NCBI RefSeq assembly: GCF_022045235.1
Contig: NW_027266319.1
Location: 16,926,001 to 16,990,000, forward strand
Source: Haliotis cracherodii
Lineage: Eukaryota
Reading direction: 5' to 3'
Length of the DNA: 64,000 bases
Shown here piece by piece: positions 15,530-27,582 of this stretch. Positions within the stretch are counted from its first letter, which is position 1. The number at the start of each line of letters is the position of its first letter. A program made the translations under genes and the position numbers. The notes below the pieces were generated by a model. It did not search any database, was not told the DNA's origin, and worked only from the letters and a program-made list of their open reading frames with translations.

Positions 15530-15808
15530 GTGAGTGAGTGAGTTGGGTTTAACGCCGCTTTTAACATTATTCCAGTTATATCAAGGCGTGTCAGCTTAAT
15601 GTGGGAGGAAAGCCCGAAGTGATGCAGGTCTCAGACGTTTACCACTTCGGTGAAACCCACGAGCACGGGTATGGTGCTGACAAACCTAGAAACATAATCG
15701 GGGCGAACCGGGATTCGAACCCACAATCATAGGTTTTGGCGTGTCCAGGGGACGCAACTCTGCACAGCGAATCGTGGCGCCTTAGACGACTGGGCCACCC
15801 GTGCCCCC
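15530..15808 (-). mobile_element. tRNA(Leu)-like SINE family C (about 280 bp)
   Basis: Head GTGGCCCAGTCGTCTAAGGCG...GGGTTCGAATCCC, (ACTC)n tail, TSD AAGTCGGCTTGA. Confidence 0.92.
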
Positions 15809-15909
15809 AAAGTCGGCTTGAAAGGGCAAGGGTGAAACGAAGACCTTGATATACATGTACGTTAGTGGACACTCTTGTCTCGGGAAGATGAAGAGGTATA
15901 ATTTGCCCC

Positions 15910-17110
15910 AAAGGATGTACCAGGTGCTTAGTAATAGTAGAGGTACCAGATGCCTAGAAACAGAAGGGGTACCGGTTACCCAGTGACAGGAGGTGAACTG
16001 GCTGCCCACAAAATGTACCTGTTGCCTAGAAACAGAAGCAGTACCTGTTGCACAAAAAATGTATAGTTTGGCCAGCACAGAAGAGGTACCAGTTGCCTAG
16101 TGACTAGAAGAGGTACCGGTTGCCAAGTGGCAGAAGAGGTATCGGTTTCCAAGTGACAGAGGAGGTATCGGTTGCCAAGTGACAGAAGAGGTATCGGTCG
16201 CCCAGTGACAGAAGAGGTACCGGTTGCCCAGTGATAGAAGGGGTACCATTTGAGCAATAACAGAAGAGGTGACATTGTCCAAAGACAACCGATCCCTCCT
16301 GCCCAGCGGCAGATGTACCGGTGGATTAGTAACAGAAGATGTACCGGTGGATTAGTAACAGAAGATGTACGGGTGGATTAGTAACAGAAGGTGTACCGGT
16401 GGATTAATAACAGAGGTGTACCGGTGGATTAGTAACAGAAGATGTACCGGTCGATTAGTAACAGAAGATGTACCGGTGGATTAGTAACAGAAGATGTACC
16501 GGTGGATTAGTAACAGAGGCGTACCGGTGGATTAGTAACAGAAGATGTACCGTAGGATTAGTAACACATGATGTACCTTAGGATTAGTAACAGAACATGT
16601 ACCGGTGGATTAGTAACAGAAGATGTACCGGTGGATTAGTAACAGAGGCGTACCTTAGGATTAGTAACAGAAGATATACCTTAGGATTAGTAACAGAAGA
16701 TGTACCTTAGGATTAGTAACAGAAGATGTATCGATGGATTAGTAACAGAAGATGTACCGGTGGATTAGTAACAGAAGATGTACCGGTGGATTAGTAACAG
16801 AAGGTGTACCGGTGGATTAGTAACATGAGATGTACCGGTGGATTAGTAACAGAAGGTGTACCGATGGATTAGTAACAGAAGGTGTACCGGTGGATTAGTA
16901 ACAAAAAAAAGAAGGTGTACCGGTGGATTAGTAACAGAAGGTGTACCGGTGGATTAGTAACAGGAGATGTACCGGTGGATTAGTAACAGAAGGTGTACCG
17001 ATGGATTAGTAACAGAAGGTGTACCGGTGGATTAGTAACAAAAAAAAGAAGGTGTACCGGTGGATTAGTAACAGAAGGTGTACCTGTGGATTAGTAACAG
17101 AAGATGTACT
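15910..17110. repeat. 26-bp minisatellite, diverged left part and homogeneous right part
   Basis: 16310-17110 unit GTACCGGTGGATTAGTAACAGAAGAT; 15910-16270 older variants such as AGAAGAGGTACCGGTTGCCCAGTGAC. Confidence 0.93.
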
Positions 17111-17794
17111 GGTGGCCCGCTCACAGAACATTAACACTAGCCATACCTGATATGACATGATATGGAACAATGAAGGACACTGGAAATGAATGAATGTACA
17201 ATCGATATCCTTCACTGGTATTGCTTTGTCTTTAATGTCCATACGGTCAGCACCTTGACGCGTTATGCTCGCATCGAAAGTCCAGTTAACTTGAATTTTA
17301 AATAAGTGACGCGTTTCAGGTCATTACTCATGTTAATGGCCCCTAGCGGCCTTTCAATGATGTGATAACCTAAATACTTAGCATCATCTTCCTGGTCGTA
17401 CACAGGACAGGGTGGAATGAGGTTAAACGATGGCATTAGGCTTATGACGGATAACATTGACAACACGATTGGAATCTTTTTGGCGAAACACCGACTGTAT
17501 TAGAATGGATCAAAGGAGGCATTCCGCATTGTACATCGTTATTTATTGTAATATATCAGATACTTCAGATACGCTTCACATGCTAACGAATAAAGTCTGT
17601 ATTGTACATAGTAATGCACAATTAAATATACTTAAGAATGCAAATAGTAGTGTACATCACATTGTCAATACTTATGTATTTACGGTTGATAGTGGGACGC
17701 AGTGTAAACAAATTCGTGAAGTAATCGTAATTCACGCTTTAATACACTAGGGAATTCTTCAGTCAATTACTTCTTCCGTAGTGTACATTGTCAT

Positions 17795-17967
17795 GGGGAC
17801 GGTTGGGTAGCCTGGTGGTTAAAGCGTTCGCTCCCTACCCCGGGGGCTCGGATTCGATTCTCTAAGTGGGTAAATTGTGTGACACCCATTTCTGGTGTTC
17901 CCCGCCGCGATATTGCTGAAGTACAGCTGAAAGCGACGTAAAACCATAATCACTCACACACATACTC
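17795..17967 (+). mobile_element. SINE family A (diverged)
   Basis: Full-length alignment to the family A consensus. Confidence 0.85.
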
Positions 17968-17977
17968 ATTGCAAAAC

Positions 17978-18283
17978 GACCGTTTCCGTGTTCTAGTGGT
18001 AGAGCGGTCGCCCGGAGAGCGGAAGGTCCGGGGTTTGATCCCCGCCCGCCTTATACCAAAAGACGTTAAAAGATGGTACTTGTTGTTACCCTGTCTGGCG
18101 CTCGGCATTAAGGGGCTAAAAAAAGGACTGGTCGGGTCGGAGTCAGTTTACTGTGTCTGAGTGGGGTATTGATTTTAAACTGCGGTTTTGTATCTCAGTG
18201 AGCTAGCACTATAAAATCGGCATTTGTCCGCACATACACGTGCAATAATCTTGGACGCGACGTTAAAGCCCATTTCACTTCAC
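17978..18283 (+). mobile_element. SINE family B, inserted at the tail of SINE-A
   Basis: Same domains as the 11248 copy; imperfect TSD CTCATTG(C/T)AAA. Confidence 0.88.
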
Positions 18284-18345
18284 CTCATTGTAAAGCACGC
18301 AGTATTATAGTGGACTGTGTGCTCTGTCGTGTCGTCCTGAATATA

Positions 18346-19775
18346 TACTCTTCAAACACAGAAACCATAATTGAAACACTGTTTGAAGATCAATGTACAC
18401 AATGTTCAAAACATTTATCGTGTCACCTAGACAGACACACGTACACGATACAGTTAATGTCACAGGGGTACAGACAATGTCAGTATCGGTTGTGCCCACC
18501 ACGTGCATCAATCACCGCTTGACACCGACAGCCCATACATGCAATCAAGTTGTCAATAACACGCTGCTGGATGTGCTTCCATTCATGCTGAAGTGCATCA
18601 AGAAGCGCCGGAAGTGTTTGGGGTGGTGGATTCCTTCTGCGAACGCGTCGTCCCACAGATGCTCTATCGGGTACAAATCTGGTGACCGGGCTGGCCAAGG
18701 TAATGTCTGGATGTTGTTGTGCTGTAAGAAGTCCTGGCAAACACGTGCATTATGCGGTCGAGCGTTGTCCTACTGGAACTGTCCGCCATGAACGCTGACG
18801 TGAGGAAGAACGTAAGGGTGTAGGATCAAGTCTCTGTAACGCAAACCTGTCAGTGCACCTGCCACATGAACGAGAGGCGTCCTACCACCGTGATGAATTC
18901 CGTCCTTACCATGACACTCCCGCCGCCAAATGGGACAACCTGCTGCACACAGTTGGGAGCGTAACGTTCACCCCGACGTCTGTAGACACGTGCGCGCCCA
19001 TCAGCACGTGTGAGTAGAAAACGGGACTCGTCAGTGAACAGTACATTTCTCCGTCACTTGCCCATCTAACCCTCTGTTGACACCAAAGCAGACGGTCCGC
19101 CAGATGACATGGGGATTAATACATGACGTCGAACAGGTCTTCGTGCAACAAGTCCAGCCTCCCTCAGTCTGTTGCGTACCGTTTGATCTGATATTCTGCG
19201 TACCCCAGGGATCTGTGTGGTTGTAGACATGGCTGTTGTAGTGTGGTCTCGGAGGTGTCGCAGCCGGATGTATCGATCTTGAGCTTGGGTTGTCACCCTT
19301 GGTCTGTCGTCAACTCCGTTGGTGTTGTTGTATCGGGTCTACAGTGCGCACATTTTCTGTCTGGATACGCCAAGGTGCCTGGACACTTCTGCTGAGTTGC
19401 TCCAGCTTGTAATCTCCCAATGGCGTTGTTCCGTTAAGCTGCATTCAGTCTTGGCATTCTGTCACCGTCTCTACTGTCGTTATAAGGACTGTATGAACAG
19501 CCGTTGATATGGATTTTTATACCCATTCAGCAGGGGGGCCTGCATGCCTAAATGCAGGATCCTATACTGCACGTTTTTTACAGGCGGTTGCGTTTGGATG
19601 AAGCTGTACAATTGACCCCCAAACACTACGTTGATGTGCTTTGCATGTGTTTTCGCGAATTATAGACACATCATCTTTCTGTTTGACTTATTTGGTTCTC
19701 ATTTAATGTAATTATTTTAGATATTTGGCAAAATGTGGTTTTACATCTATGTCAGGTTTCTTTTATTGAAGAGTA
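18346..19775 (-). mobile_element. TIR-bounded Tc1/mariner transposon with pseudogenised transposase
   Basis: TIRs TACTCTTCAAACACAGAAACC / GGTTTCTTTTATTGAAGAGTA flanked by TA. Transposase from ATG 19457: MPRL..NAIGRLQAG, TTQAQDRYIR, QTVRNRLREAG, VLFTDESRF, DNARPH, PIEHLWD; disrupted by stops and frameshifts. Confidence 0.92.
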
Positions 19776-20231
19776 TATATGCCTCAAAGGCTTTGTGATA
19801 AGATAGTCTGTTGACACAAACTTGAAAGGTCTGTTGTGGCAGTTTATGTTGTGTGTATCTACAGAGGAGGATGTAGACCCGGAGATGTCGGGGCCCTATC
19901 TTGTCATCGTATGTCGGTCAGTCAGGCCACGTTCTGTAAGTCTTGGATGTCAGAACTGAAAAACTGAAAAATTCAAGATTAATCTATTAAGGACATCCGT
20001 TGGCTGATATATACAAAATGTCTAGTTTGGATGAAAATGAAAGCTATTAAAGGTTTAAATGGTTTCTACATTGCTGAGGTTATACTTTTCGACAGGCTAA
20101 ATTCATTTTTCAATATTAATCTCCTCCGTGCGAACATGGACGCCGTTCTACAAAACTATCTTAGCGCTATTACCGTCGAAAGTCTACTTGTCTCAGTCAA
20201 ACTTATGGAGCTACAATCGTCGTAGCGCTAC

Positions 20232-20399
20232 GAGTGAGTGAGTGAGTATGGTTTTACGCCGCGTTTAGCAACATTCCAGCAATATCACGGCGGGGGACAC
20301 CAGAAATGGGCTTCACACATTATGCCCATGTCGGGAATCGAACCCGGATCTTCGGCGTTATGAGCGAACGCTTTAACCACTAGGCTACCCGACCGCCCC
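20232..20399 (-). mobile_element. tRNA(Asp)-like SINE family A (about 165 bp)
   Basis: Near-consensus copy; lies inside a degenerate MITE (about 20140-20413). Confidence 0.92.
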
Positions 20400-21057
20400 A
20401 TTCGTGAACAGAGTAGCCGTGGAGAGGATCAGCCTCGCGGCTGTACTAATCTGGTACGTAGGCTGGAGACGTCGGTATTGACATGGCCGCACTGCTGAAC
20501 CAACAACTTGTAGATGGCGGGGCAGCACTGGATGTCCACAACAACAGTACAATCTGTCACTGTAAGGGTTGCATCTGGATGGTACTGATAGTGATAAATC
20601 AGCGGAGCCAGAGCCAAACTAAAGATTGAGAACCAAACCAGGTGTACGTGACACCTTATCTGACAGGCGTACAATAGAAAAGGCTTCATTATCGCATCTC
20701 ATAAACACACTGGCACCGATCCTTAGGTACAGGTTCCCAATGCGTGTTGGTTTTGTCAGTGTGGTAAACGTCTTATATCTACATCTCTTAGATATAACAG
20801 AAACACTAATAAAAGTAGCGGTGAACCCAACCCACACACTTCAGCGACCTTTGGGATTCTGGATGCAGAGGGAATCGGGTAGCCCTAGAGTGTGCCGTGG
20901 CTTGTATTGTCCGTCTTCGTAGTCCGAGGACTTGGCTCGCTCTTCATACCATCAACCACTGGGTTATCTGGCCCTGATTATTTCCAAATATATCATAATA
21001 TGTTGTTTTTAATTTAATATAGTTACTATTTGTTTACGAGTGACAGGACTTTCTTAC

Positions 21058-21220
21058 AGGGCGGTCTGGTAGTCCAGTGGTTAAAGCGTTCGCTTGTCAC
21101 GACTAAGTACCGGGTTCGATTCCACACATGGGTACAATGTGTGAAGCCCATTTCTGGTGTCCCCCGCCGTGATTTTGCTGGAATATTGCTCAAAATCGAC
21201 GTAAACCCGCACGTGCTCAC
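21058..21220 (+). mobile_element. SINE family A (diverged)
   Basis: Aligns with the family A consensus. Confidence 0.85.
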
Positions 21221-21611
21221 GTAAGGTAAACAGGGCAACGAAAACACCTCACTGCAAAGAGCAAAAACTCGTTGTATTTGTATTCGTTTTCCAAAATCGA
21301 TATTGATTGCGTTTTGTGTTGTAGTGAAACAAATATGTGTACGATAGTCTGTGAGCTGACGTTGGTGCGGCACGATATGAACAGCTATCATAATGCAAAC
21401 ATTTGTGTATGACGAAAATAACTGCTGTGTATGATTCAAAAGAGCTCAGTGACGAAGCTGCCCACCGAGTTCTTATGATTGTGTTGGTTCTAGTTTAATA
21501 ATGTGTGTGTAACTATTATCGAACTATGAAATAACCGTTAAAGTGAAGGTCACACATTAATTGTTGAATACCGACCACAACAAATGCCACTGCAAACTCT
21601 CTTTCCGATAA

Positions 21612-21903
21612 GTGAGTGAGTGAGTGAGTTTAACGCAGCTTTTAACATTTATCCAGTTATATCGCGGCGTGTCAGCTTAATGTGGAAGGAAAGCCCGAAG
21701 TGATGCAAATCTCAGACGTTTACCTCTTTGGTCAAACCCACGAGCACGGGTATGGTGCTGACAAACCTAGAAACATAATCGGAGCGAACTGGGATTCAAA
21801 CCCACAATCATAGGTTTCTGGCGTGTCCAAGAGACGCAACTCTGCACAGCGAATCGCGGCGCTTAAGGCGACTGGGTCACTCGTGCCCCCCCCCCCCCCC
21901 CCC
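21612..21903 (-). mobile_element. SINE family C with expanded 5' poly-G
   Basis: TSD CTCTTTCCGATAA at 21599-21611 and 21908-21920; C-run 21886-21903. Confidence 0.9.
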
Positions 21904-22335
21904 TCCACTCTTTCCGATAAAGCCATGTTGCACCTCAAGTGCACGTCTTTATCTGCTGAAGGACCCTGACAGGACAGCTTACAAAGAAAACACGATAAAA
22001 TTCAATACACTAGGTAAACAATCCACGCCCGTGAAATATGATCAAAGAAAGAATCCACTTTACTACATTATGACGAGTAACGTAGGCAACTAATATCATC
22101 AGTGCTTCATAGTGCTCCATAAATTTGAATGTGCTTGTGATATGATTATTATCATTATTATATGTTGTCGTGGGGTGAGGGGTTCCCACCCGGGTTAAAC
22201 ATGGAACTCATTTCTGGGGTCCCCTGAAATAATAGGCTAAAGTAAAACTAAACGTGGAGTTAAACTGTGGTAATTAACAATTCACTCAGAGAATTATCAC
22301 TATGTTTATTTATTTCAATCAGTATAATTGAAATG

Positions 22336-22395
<60 letters not shown>

Positions 22396-22416
22396 GCTAC
22401 TGCTACTACTACTACT
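22336..22416. repeat. (CTA)n microsatellite
   Basis: About 27 triplets, directly abutting a family D retroposon. Confidence 0.95.
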
Positions 22417-22680
22417 GACCCGTGAAGATCCGAGGTAGAATTGGTCTTCAGCAACCCATGCTTGCCGTAAAATGCGACTATGCCTGTCGCAAGAGGCGAC
22501 TAAAGGGGTCGGATGGTCAGGCTCGCTGACTTGGTTGATGCGTGTCATCGTATCCCAATTGCGTGGATCGATGTTCATGATGTCAATCACTGGATAGTCT
22601 GGTCTAGACTTGATTATTTACAGACCACTGTCATACAACAGGAATTTTGCTGTGTGCGGTGTTTAATAACAACAAACAAA
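22417..22680 (+). mobile_element. Short retroposon family D (no recognisable tRNA head)
   Basis: GACCCGTGAAGATCC...GTCGCAAGAGGCGACTAA...(AAAC)n tail; multiple copies in the window. Confidence 0.85.
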
Positions 22681-23551
22681 ACTACTTAGTAATAATAATG
22701 TGCGACAATGAATATGAAGAGGGCTTGGAAAATTATAATAAATTATTATATCATTCTTTGGAATAGACCTCTTGGATCGACCAACGAAATCGTCTATATC
22801 GTCGCATTCTCTTTTGACAATAATGTGATTGACAAGATTCAGAAACAGCATGGCAAAAATGTGGACCTCGCTTACGAATTTCACTTGAGTGTCAGAAAAA
22901 AATAGTTCCTAATGTTCCAAGCGTACATTCGTAAAAAAACCCATAATGGACAGTTAAATAATGACGTTTTTCTCAATTGCTGATAATACGTTGACCTATT
23001 TTTAAACAACCGTTCCAAGCTTGCATGCTAGTTTTTTCAGAAACTCATTACTTGAAATCAGCAAAGGTTAAGTGTTACAAATATATCCTGACAAGTAGGA
23101 ACAGTGAGGTTTTTACGCCGCTTTTACCGATATTCCAGCTGCGGTCAAGTAGGAAAACGTACAACTGTATGCTTAACGAACTTCTGGTTTATTGCATATA
23201 GCGATGTGTCGATGTAAAGTCGCACACCGTTATCAAGCCGATGAGAGGTAAATATGACATGTTGTGATAAGCAGCAGATTAACATTGAAAAGAACAGGTG
23301 ATAGATATCAAATAGCACACAGGTAATGAAGCCTGATGAATGAATGAAAGACTGAATCAATGTCTTTGAATCTTCAAGATAAATCCGGAGATTCTCAAAA
23401 CATCCAAATTATGAAATTAAATAACAAAAATATTTAACATATATATCAATGTCCCGCATATATATAGGCTATAAACAGAGAGAATTATATGTTGTTTTTT
23501 AATCTTATATAAATACTTCGTTAAAATTCAACGTTATTTCATGTCGATGTC

Positions 23552-23986
23552 TTTGCTCTTTCCATATCATGGCCATCCATCATTTTTATTTTAATATACA
23601 TTTCAACATCGAGATTATCAATTAGAGTTGAAAAGAATACATCTCTCCCTGCAAGTACACATTTACAGTTTAAAATGACATTCTGTTGTTGCACTGACGG
23701 AGAATAATGGAAAATTACGTTTATTACTGCCGCCCAAAGTTGGACAGAATGGCAAACAACAAACACGGAAGTAAATTCACCGTTTTGATTGGCCCATGAA
23801 TGATTGACAGGTGAAAGGCTGTGCGATATATGTCAAGCCCTTCACACTCGCTCATTTTGCTCTTTCCATATCATGGCCACCCATCATTTCTATTTTAATA
23901 TACATTTCAACATCGAGATTATCAATTAGAGTTGAAAAGAATACATCTCTCCCTGCAAGTACACATTAACAGTTTCAAATGACATT
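23552..23986. repeat. A-B-A' duplication: about 130-bp direct repeats flanking an about 175-bp copy of 26138-26313
   Basis: 23552-23682 matches 23856-23986; 23681-23857 matches 26138-26314. Confidence 0.9.
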
Positions 23987-24586
23987 GTGATAATACTCAT
24001 AAACAAAAGTATTACATTTTGTACTTCAGATATTTTGCTTCTGGATCCAATCCTTATTGCATATTTGTTTCTTCTCTCAATTCTGGATATAGTATTACAA
24101 TACTGTATAACACATGACGAGTAAGCATTGTGTGACTTTTAGAAAATCGAAACATGTCAGCTCTACATGATAATATATATTTCCATACTTCTTCCTAGTG
24201 GGTAGTTATTCCATTTAACACAATCTTTCTCCACTTATTCTTCGCTGGGAATTCTCCTGTGCAAACGTAGTGAAATACATGATGAAGTAGGTTATATTTC
24301 ATAGCTGCTGGAACATGTCAGCTCCACATGATAATTTATATTTCCATACATCTAGTAATATTTAGGTTGTGTGAGTAGAATTCGAACAGCAGTTTTTCAA
24401 TCAGTCGATTTTCTATTTCTATATCTAAAAGATATTCGAAAGCAATATATACCAAGCAAATATGTAAATTGACCTTCTGTTCAACAATTTTTTCGCATTA
24501 TGGCAAACACAAATTATAAGCTATATATATTATGTCATATAATATTTTTAAACATGCCTTCAAGAGCGGAAATGTACTGATATGAA

Positions 24587-25795
24587 ACATGAACTTGTAT
24601 GTAACACGAACCTGTATGTAACACGAACCTGTATGTAACATGAATCTGTATGTAACATGAACCTGTATGTAACATGAACCTGTATGTAACATGAACCTGT
24701 ATGTAACATGAACCTGTATGTAACATGAGCCTGTATGTAACATGAACTTGTATGTAACATGAGCCTGTATGTAACATGAATCTGTATGTAACATGAGCCT
24801 GTATGTAACATGAATCTGTATGTAACATGAATCTGTATGTAACATGAGCCTGTATGTAACACGAATCTATATGTAACATGAATCTGTATGTAACATGAGC
24901 CTGTATGTAACATGAACCTGTATGTAACATGAGCCTGTATGTAACATGAATCTGTATGTAACATGAACTTGTATGTAACATGAACCTGTATGCAACATGA
25001 ACCTGTATGCAACATGAACCTGTATGTAACATGAGCCTGTATGTAACATGAATCTGTGTGTAACATGAACCTGTATGTAACATGAGCCTGTATGTAACAC
25101 GAACCTGTATGTAACATGAATCTGTATGTAACATGAGCCTGTATGTAACATGGATCTGTATGTAACATGAACTTGTATGTAACATGAACCTGTATGCAAC
25201 ATGAACCTGTATGCAACATGAACCTGTATGTAACATGAGCCTGTATGTAACATGAATCTGTATGTAACATGAACTTGTATGTAACATGAACCTGTATGCA
25301 ACATGAACCTGTATGTAACATGAGCCTGTATGTAACATGAATCTGTATTTAACATGAACCTGTATGTAACACGAACCTGTATGTAACACGAACCTGTATG
25401 TAACATGAACCTGTATGTAACATGAACCTGTATGTAACACGAACCTGTATGTAACACGAACCTGTATGTAACATGAATCTGTATTTAACATGAACCTGTA
25501 TGTAACACGAACCTGTATGTAACATGAATCTGTATGTAACACGAACCTGTATGTAACATGAATCTGTATGTAACATGAATCTGTATGTAACATGAACCTG
25601 AGCTGTATTGTAAGCACGTTATGTACATTGTAATCGGGTCCATAGCCTTTCATATGTATGTAACATGAACCTGTATGTAACATGAATCTGTATGTAACAC
25701 GAACCTGTATGTAACATGAACCTTTATGTAACATGAACCTGAGCTGTATTGTAAGCACGTTATGTACATTGTAATCGGGTCCATAGCCTTTCATA
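24587..25795. repeat. 17-bp minisatellite, about 65 copies, with a duplicated 55-bp unique spacer
   Basis: Unit CATGAACCTGTATGTAA; spacer GAGCTGTATTGTAAGC...CTTTCATA at 25600-25654 and 25741-25795. Confidence 0.96.
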
Positions 25796-26221
25796 CAAAA
25801 ATCATTTGAATTTAATTTCTGTTGATGATGTACAGGAGATTGAAGGGAAAAGAATGTTTTTTTCCCAAACAGTCGCTGAAACACTGCAAACTTAAGGTTC
25901 AAAACATAACTATGACACCTGTATCAAACAGCTTTGTCCGGAACCACCCGCCAGCCCCTTTTGAAAACCAAATTTAGTATGTTGCAGGCAGAAAAATGAT
26001 CTGACTGAGGATTTTGATATTTGGACCCCCCCCCCCCCCCCCCCCTCCGTTTTAAAAATATTGAATTACTGGATCCGCGCTTGTATCCCAAAACATCCTT
26101 TTTACGTCATACTTGGAATTTGCTAAATTTACGCTATTTCTGTTGTTGTACTGACGGAGAATAATGGAAAATTACGTTTATTACTGCCGCCAAAAGTTGG
26201 ACCGAATGGCTGACAACAAAC

Positions 26222-26370
26222 ACGGAAGTAAATTCACCGTTTTGATTGGCCCATGAATGATTGACAGGTGAAAGGCTGTGCGATATATGTCAAGCCCTTC
26301 ACACTCGCTCATTTCAGTGGTTGGGCAGTAGCCAATCACTGACAGGGAGAAACTCAGTCAGTATCAGTAA
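26222..26370 (+). promoter_or_regulatory. Promoter-like motif cluster (ETS, CCAAT x2, TALE decamer, Inr-like)
   Basis: CGGAAGT, ATTGG, TGATTGACAG, CCAATC, TGACAG and TCAGTC within about 150 bp. Confidence 0.45.
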
Positions 26371-26845
26371 AGACGGGAGACATCTCTATGATCGATACAT
26401 CGTGACGGTGCAGAAGAAGAAAATACTTTCCGAGTACACGTGGAATTCTCCAGGTGATTCAGTAATCACCCCCTCCCGACTACACCACAACAAATAGCTC
26501 CCAGAGAGCGCTGTCACCCTGGTTGCCTGTCCCCGATACGGACCAAGGCCGTATGACGCTATTCCTGCTTATCGTGGTGTTGGGCATGATGTTAAGGCGA
26601 TTTTAATACCAAGGGTTGTCCCAGAGCTTCAGCAGTAAGATAACGTTGATTGAAAGGGCTTCAGTAATATTCCTGTCTGGTTATTCTCGTGCAATGACGT
26701 TTCATATTTACACGATCTTGTGAATATGTTTAAAACACAAACTTGATGAGTGAAGATTCTTATTACCTACTCTGGCTCTGTTGCACCACAGGGATGGAAC
26801 TTGGCGTCATGGTAACCTAAAAAGAGGGGTGCACAGTTCTTTGGA

Positions 26846-27093
26846 TTTTGGTTTTGGTTTGGTTTGTTTAACGCCGCATTCAGCAATATTCCAGCTATAT
26901 GACGGCGGTCTGTAAATAACCGAGTCTGGACAAGACAACCCAGTAACGCAATTGGGATACGATGACATGTATCAACCATGTCAGCGAGCCTGACAACCCG
27001 ATCCCGTTAGTCGCCTCTTACGACAGGCATAGTCGCCTCTTACGGCAAGCATTGGTTGCTGAAGACCTATTCTTTCCCCGGATCTTAACGGGT
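26846..27093 (-). mobile_element. Retroposon family D
   Basis: TSD CAGTTCTTTGGA at 26834-26845 and 27094-27105. Confidence 0.9.
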
Positions 27094-27380
27094 CAGTTCT
27101 TTGGAAAAGTGGGGAAAAGGTGTACTTAAGATATAATCATCCTAGCGCGTAATTCGGAAAACACTTAAAGTTTTACTTTGCTTTCTTTAACCAAAGATTA
27201 GTCAACTCAATGTTATTTTTGTTGAAAAGAAATCAAATAATTTAGGCATATGCTCTGCTATACGTCAACATCAATAGCATGCTTCAAGCATTTAGGGGTG
27301 CGCACCCTTCAACCCGCCTCTAGGTCCGCGTGTACCCTCTAACGAGAGAGAGAAAAGTTACGAGGTATTAGAAGCGTACT

Positions 27381-27582
27381 AACAGGTTTAACGTGATGTA
27401 GTGTGAGCATACTAAGAGCTGTTGTCCAACAGGTTTAACGTGATGTAGTGTGAGCATACTAAGAGCTGTTGTCCAACAGGTTTAACGTGATGTAGTGTGA
27501 ATGGACTGTGCGCTGTTGTCCAACAGGTCTAAGGTAATGTATAGTGAACGTACAATGCTTCGTTGTCCAACAGGTCTAAGGT
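27381..27582. repeat. 47-bp tandem repeat, about 4 copies
   Basis: AACAGGTTTAACGTGATGTAGTGTGAGCATACTAAGAGCTGTTGTCC. Confidence 0.85.

Noticed and set aside
20410-20990. Coding-like sequence with short ORFs
   Set aside because: No recognisable motifs or consistent splice structure.
22260-22590. Poly-Val / poly-Ser ORFs
   Set aside because: Translations of the (CTA)n microsatellite.
24498-25902. Long minus-strand repeat ORFs (455 aa etc.)
   Set aside because: Translations of the 17-bp satellite.
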